A DNA stretch of 33,966 nt, from positions 1 through 33,966 of the forward strand of contig JACQVW010000030.1 of assembly GCA_016209535.1 (NCBI GenBank), given 5' to 3'. Made by a program: the position numbers and the translations under genes. This DNA is from Planctomycetota bacterium. Its GTDB lineage: Bacteria; Planctomycetota; UBA8108; SXIK01. The notes under the pieces were generated by a model. It was not told where the DNA came from, searched no databases, and was given only the letters and a program-made list of their open reading frames with translations. Shown one piece after another: positions 33,170 to 33,966 of this stretch (its first letter is position 1; each line of letters begins with the position of its first letter).

Positions 33170-33951
33170 GGCCACGACGAGGGCGATAGGACGAAGACCC
33201 GCACGAAGGCCGTGAACGCGGACTCCTGGCGGATCCGGAAGCCCGCCTCTCGCGCCAGGCGCACCCACTCGCGCCGCGGCAGGAAGTGGAGGAAGCCGGG
33301 GCCGAAGGCGGCGAAGCTCGCGGCGTCCCTCAAGTGCTCGACGAGCACGAGCTCGCCGCCCGGGGCGAGGGTGCGGTGGACCTCCCGGAAGAAGCGGAGC
33401 CGCGCCTCGGGGCTCCGCAGCTCGTGCGCCGCGAAGATCAAGAAGGCCGCGTCGAGCTCCGCGTCGCGGAGGGGCAGCGAGCCGGCGCTCGCTCGCTCCG
33501 CGGGCGCCGCAGGGCCGGCCGAGCGTCGCGCCCGGGCGATCGAGCCTGACCTCATCTCGACGGGGTCGTAGAAGTCGATGGCCTTCCCATGGCTGCCGGG
33601 GAAGAGCCGCTCGAGGTGGCCCGTCGTCTCGTCGAGGCCGGCGTGGAGGTTCGCCCAGGAGCGCGGAGATCGCGAGAGCTTCGCGCGGAGCCAGTCCCAC
33701 TGCCGGAGGCCCGAGCGGTCGTAGACGTGGTGGGCCGCCGCGAGGGACGCGATCGCCCAGCCGGCCGCGCAGGCGGCGGCCAGGGCCAGGAGCGCCCGGA
33801 CCGTCGCGGGAAGGGACGCCGAGAGGGCGAGCGCCAGCCCCGCGGCGCAGGCCAGGGCCCCCAGGGCGTAGAGGGGCCAGTTGTACCGCAGGATCTGGAG
33901 CGCCCCATGGAAGCGCGGGCGAGCGCGAGCGGGGCCGAGCGCGGCGGTCAT
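33166..33951 (-). CDS. membrane-anchored class I SAM-dependent methyltransferase-like protein
   Basis: Two N-terminal TM helices (LYALGALACAAGLALALSASL; LLALAAACAAGWAIASLAAA) are followed by a Rossmann MTase core (…ELDAAFLIFAAHELRSPEARLRFFREVHRTLAPGGELVLVEH). Confidence 0.7.
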   Translation of the reverse strand: MTAALGPARARPRFHGALQILRYNWPLYALGALACAAGLALALSASLPATVRALLALAAACAAGWAIASLAAAHHVYDRSGLRQWDWLRAKLSRSPRSWANLHAGLDETTGHLERLFPGSHGKAIDFYDPVEMRSGSIARARRSAGPAAPAERASAGSLPLRDAELDAAFLIFAAHELRSPEARLRFFREVHRTLAPGGELVLVEHLRDAASFAAFGPGFLHFLPRREWVRLAREAGFRIRQESAFTAFVRVFVLSPSSWP

Positions 33952-33966
33952 GGAGCTTCCTCCGCG

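Noticed and set aside
1-33966. Mobile elements, integrases or transposases. A prophage or genomic-island boundary would explain the orphan ATPases.
   Set aside because: No integrase, transposase, long terminal inverted repeats or attachment-site duplications were found. The AT-rich islands are only 50-125 bp and local to promoters.

Overview
This is a very GC-rich bacterial chromosomal segment, roughly 70% GC by eye and not computed. GC3 is above 85% in the real coding frames. It is probably from a Gram-negative organism, given the lipoboxes and signal peptides, and the domain repertoire looks Planctomycetota- or Myxococcota-like: LTD-CotH, dockerin-like repeats and ConA-like jelly rolls. I support about 27 protein-coding genes and no rRNA, tRNA, CRISPR array or transposase. 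Because the DNA is so GC-rich, almost every frame on both strands is stop-poor. I discarded most long ORFs in the track as shadow frames. These have R/G/P/A-rich low-complexity translations and no recognisable domains, and they overlap frames that do carry clear domains. All family assignments are based on motifs recalled from memory and not on database searches.

Main contents:
- A small Pup/UBact-like ORF sits directly upstream of a PafA/Dop-family Pup ligase homolog. The ligase carries an unusual hydrophobic insertion of about 100 aa.
- A cluster of secreted proteins share a C-terminal module of two dockerin-like Ca-binding repeats followed by a short tri-Cys tail. They are a frameshifted LamG-PKD-ConA-like lectin-type protein, a tight CotH/AA10-LPMO-like operon, and a TPR protein.
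- There are three orphan NTPase genes. Two are Arch_ATPase+DUF234 paralogs, both with TTG starts and AT-rich palindromic 5' regions. One of these 5' regions is a tandem pair of ~62-bp hairpin elements that embed SD+TTG motifs on both strands. The third is an AAA_35 ATPase fused to a PD-(D/E)XK nuclease.
- A carbohydrate/peptide catabolic block contains an oligogalacturonate-lyase-like beta-propeller, a GH5, a secreted beta-lactamase-fold/D-aminoacylase fusion, and an aldose 1-epimerase lipoprotein.
- The remaining genes are an AraC-HTH/GyrI-like regulator split by a frameshift, a cell-wall amidase lipoprotein, an NfeD-flotillin operon, an ICL/PEP-mutase family enzyme, a Dabb protein, and a membrane methyltransferase pair.

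Two single-base frameshifts inside conserved domains suggest either pseudogenisation or assembly indels.
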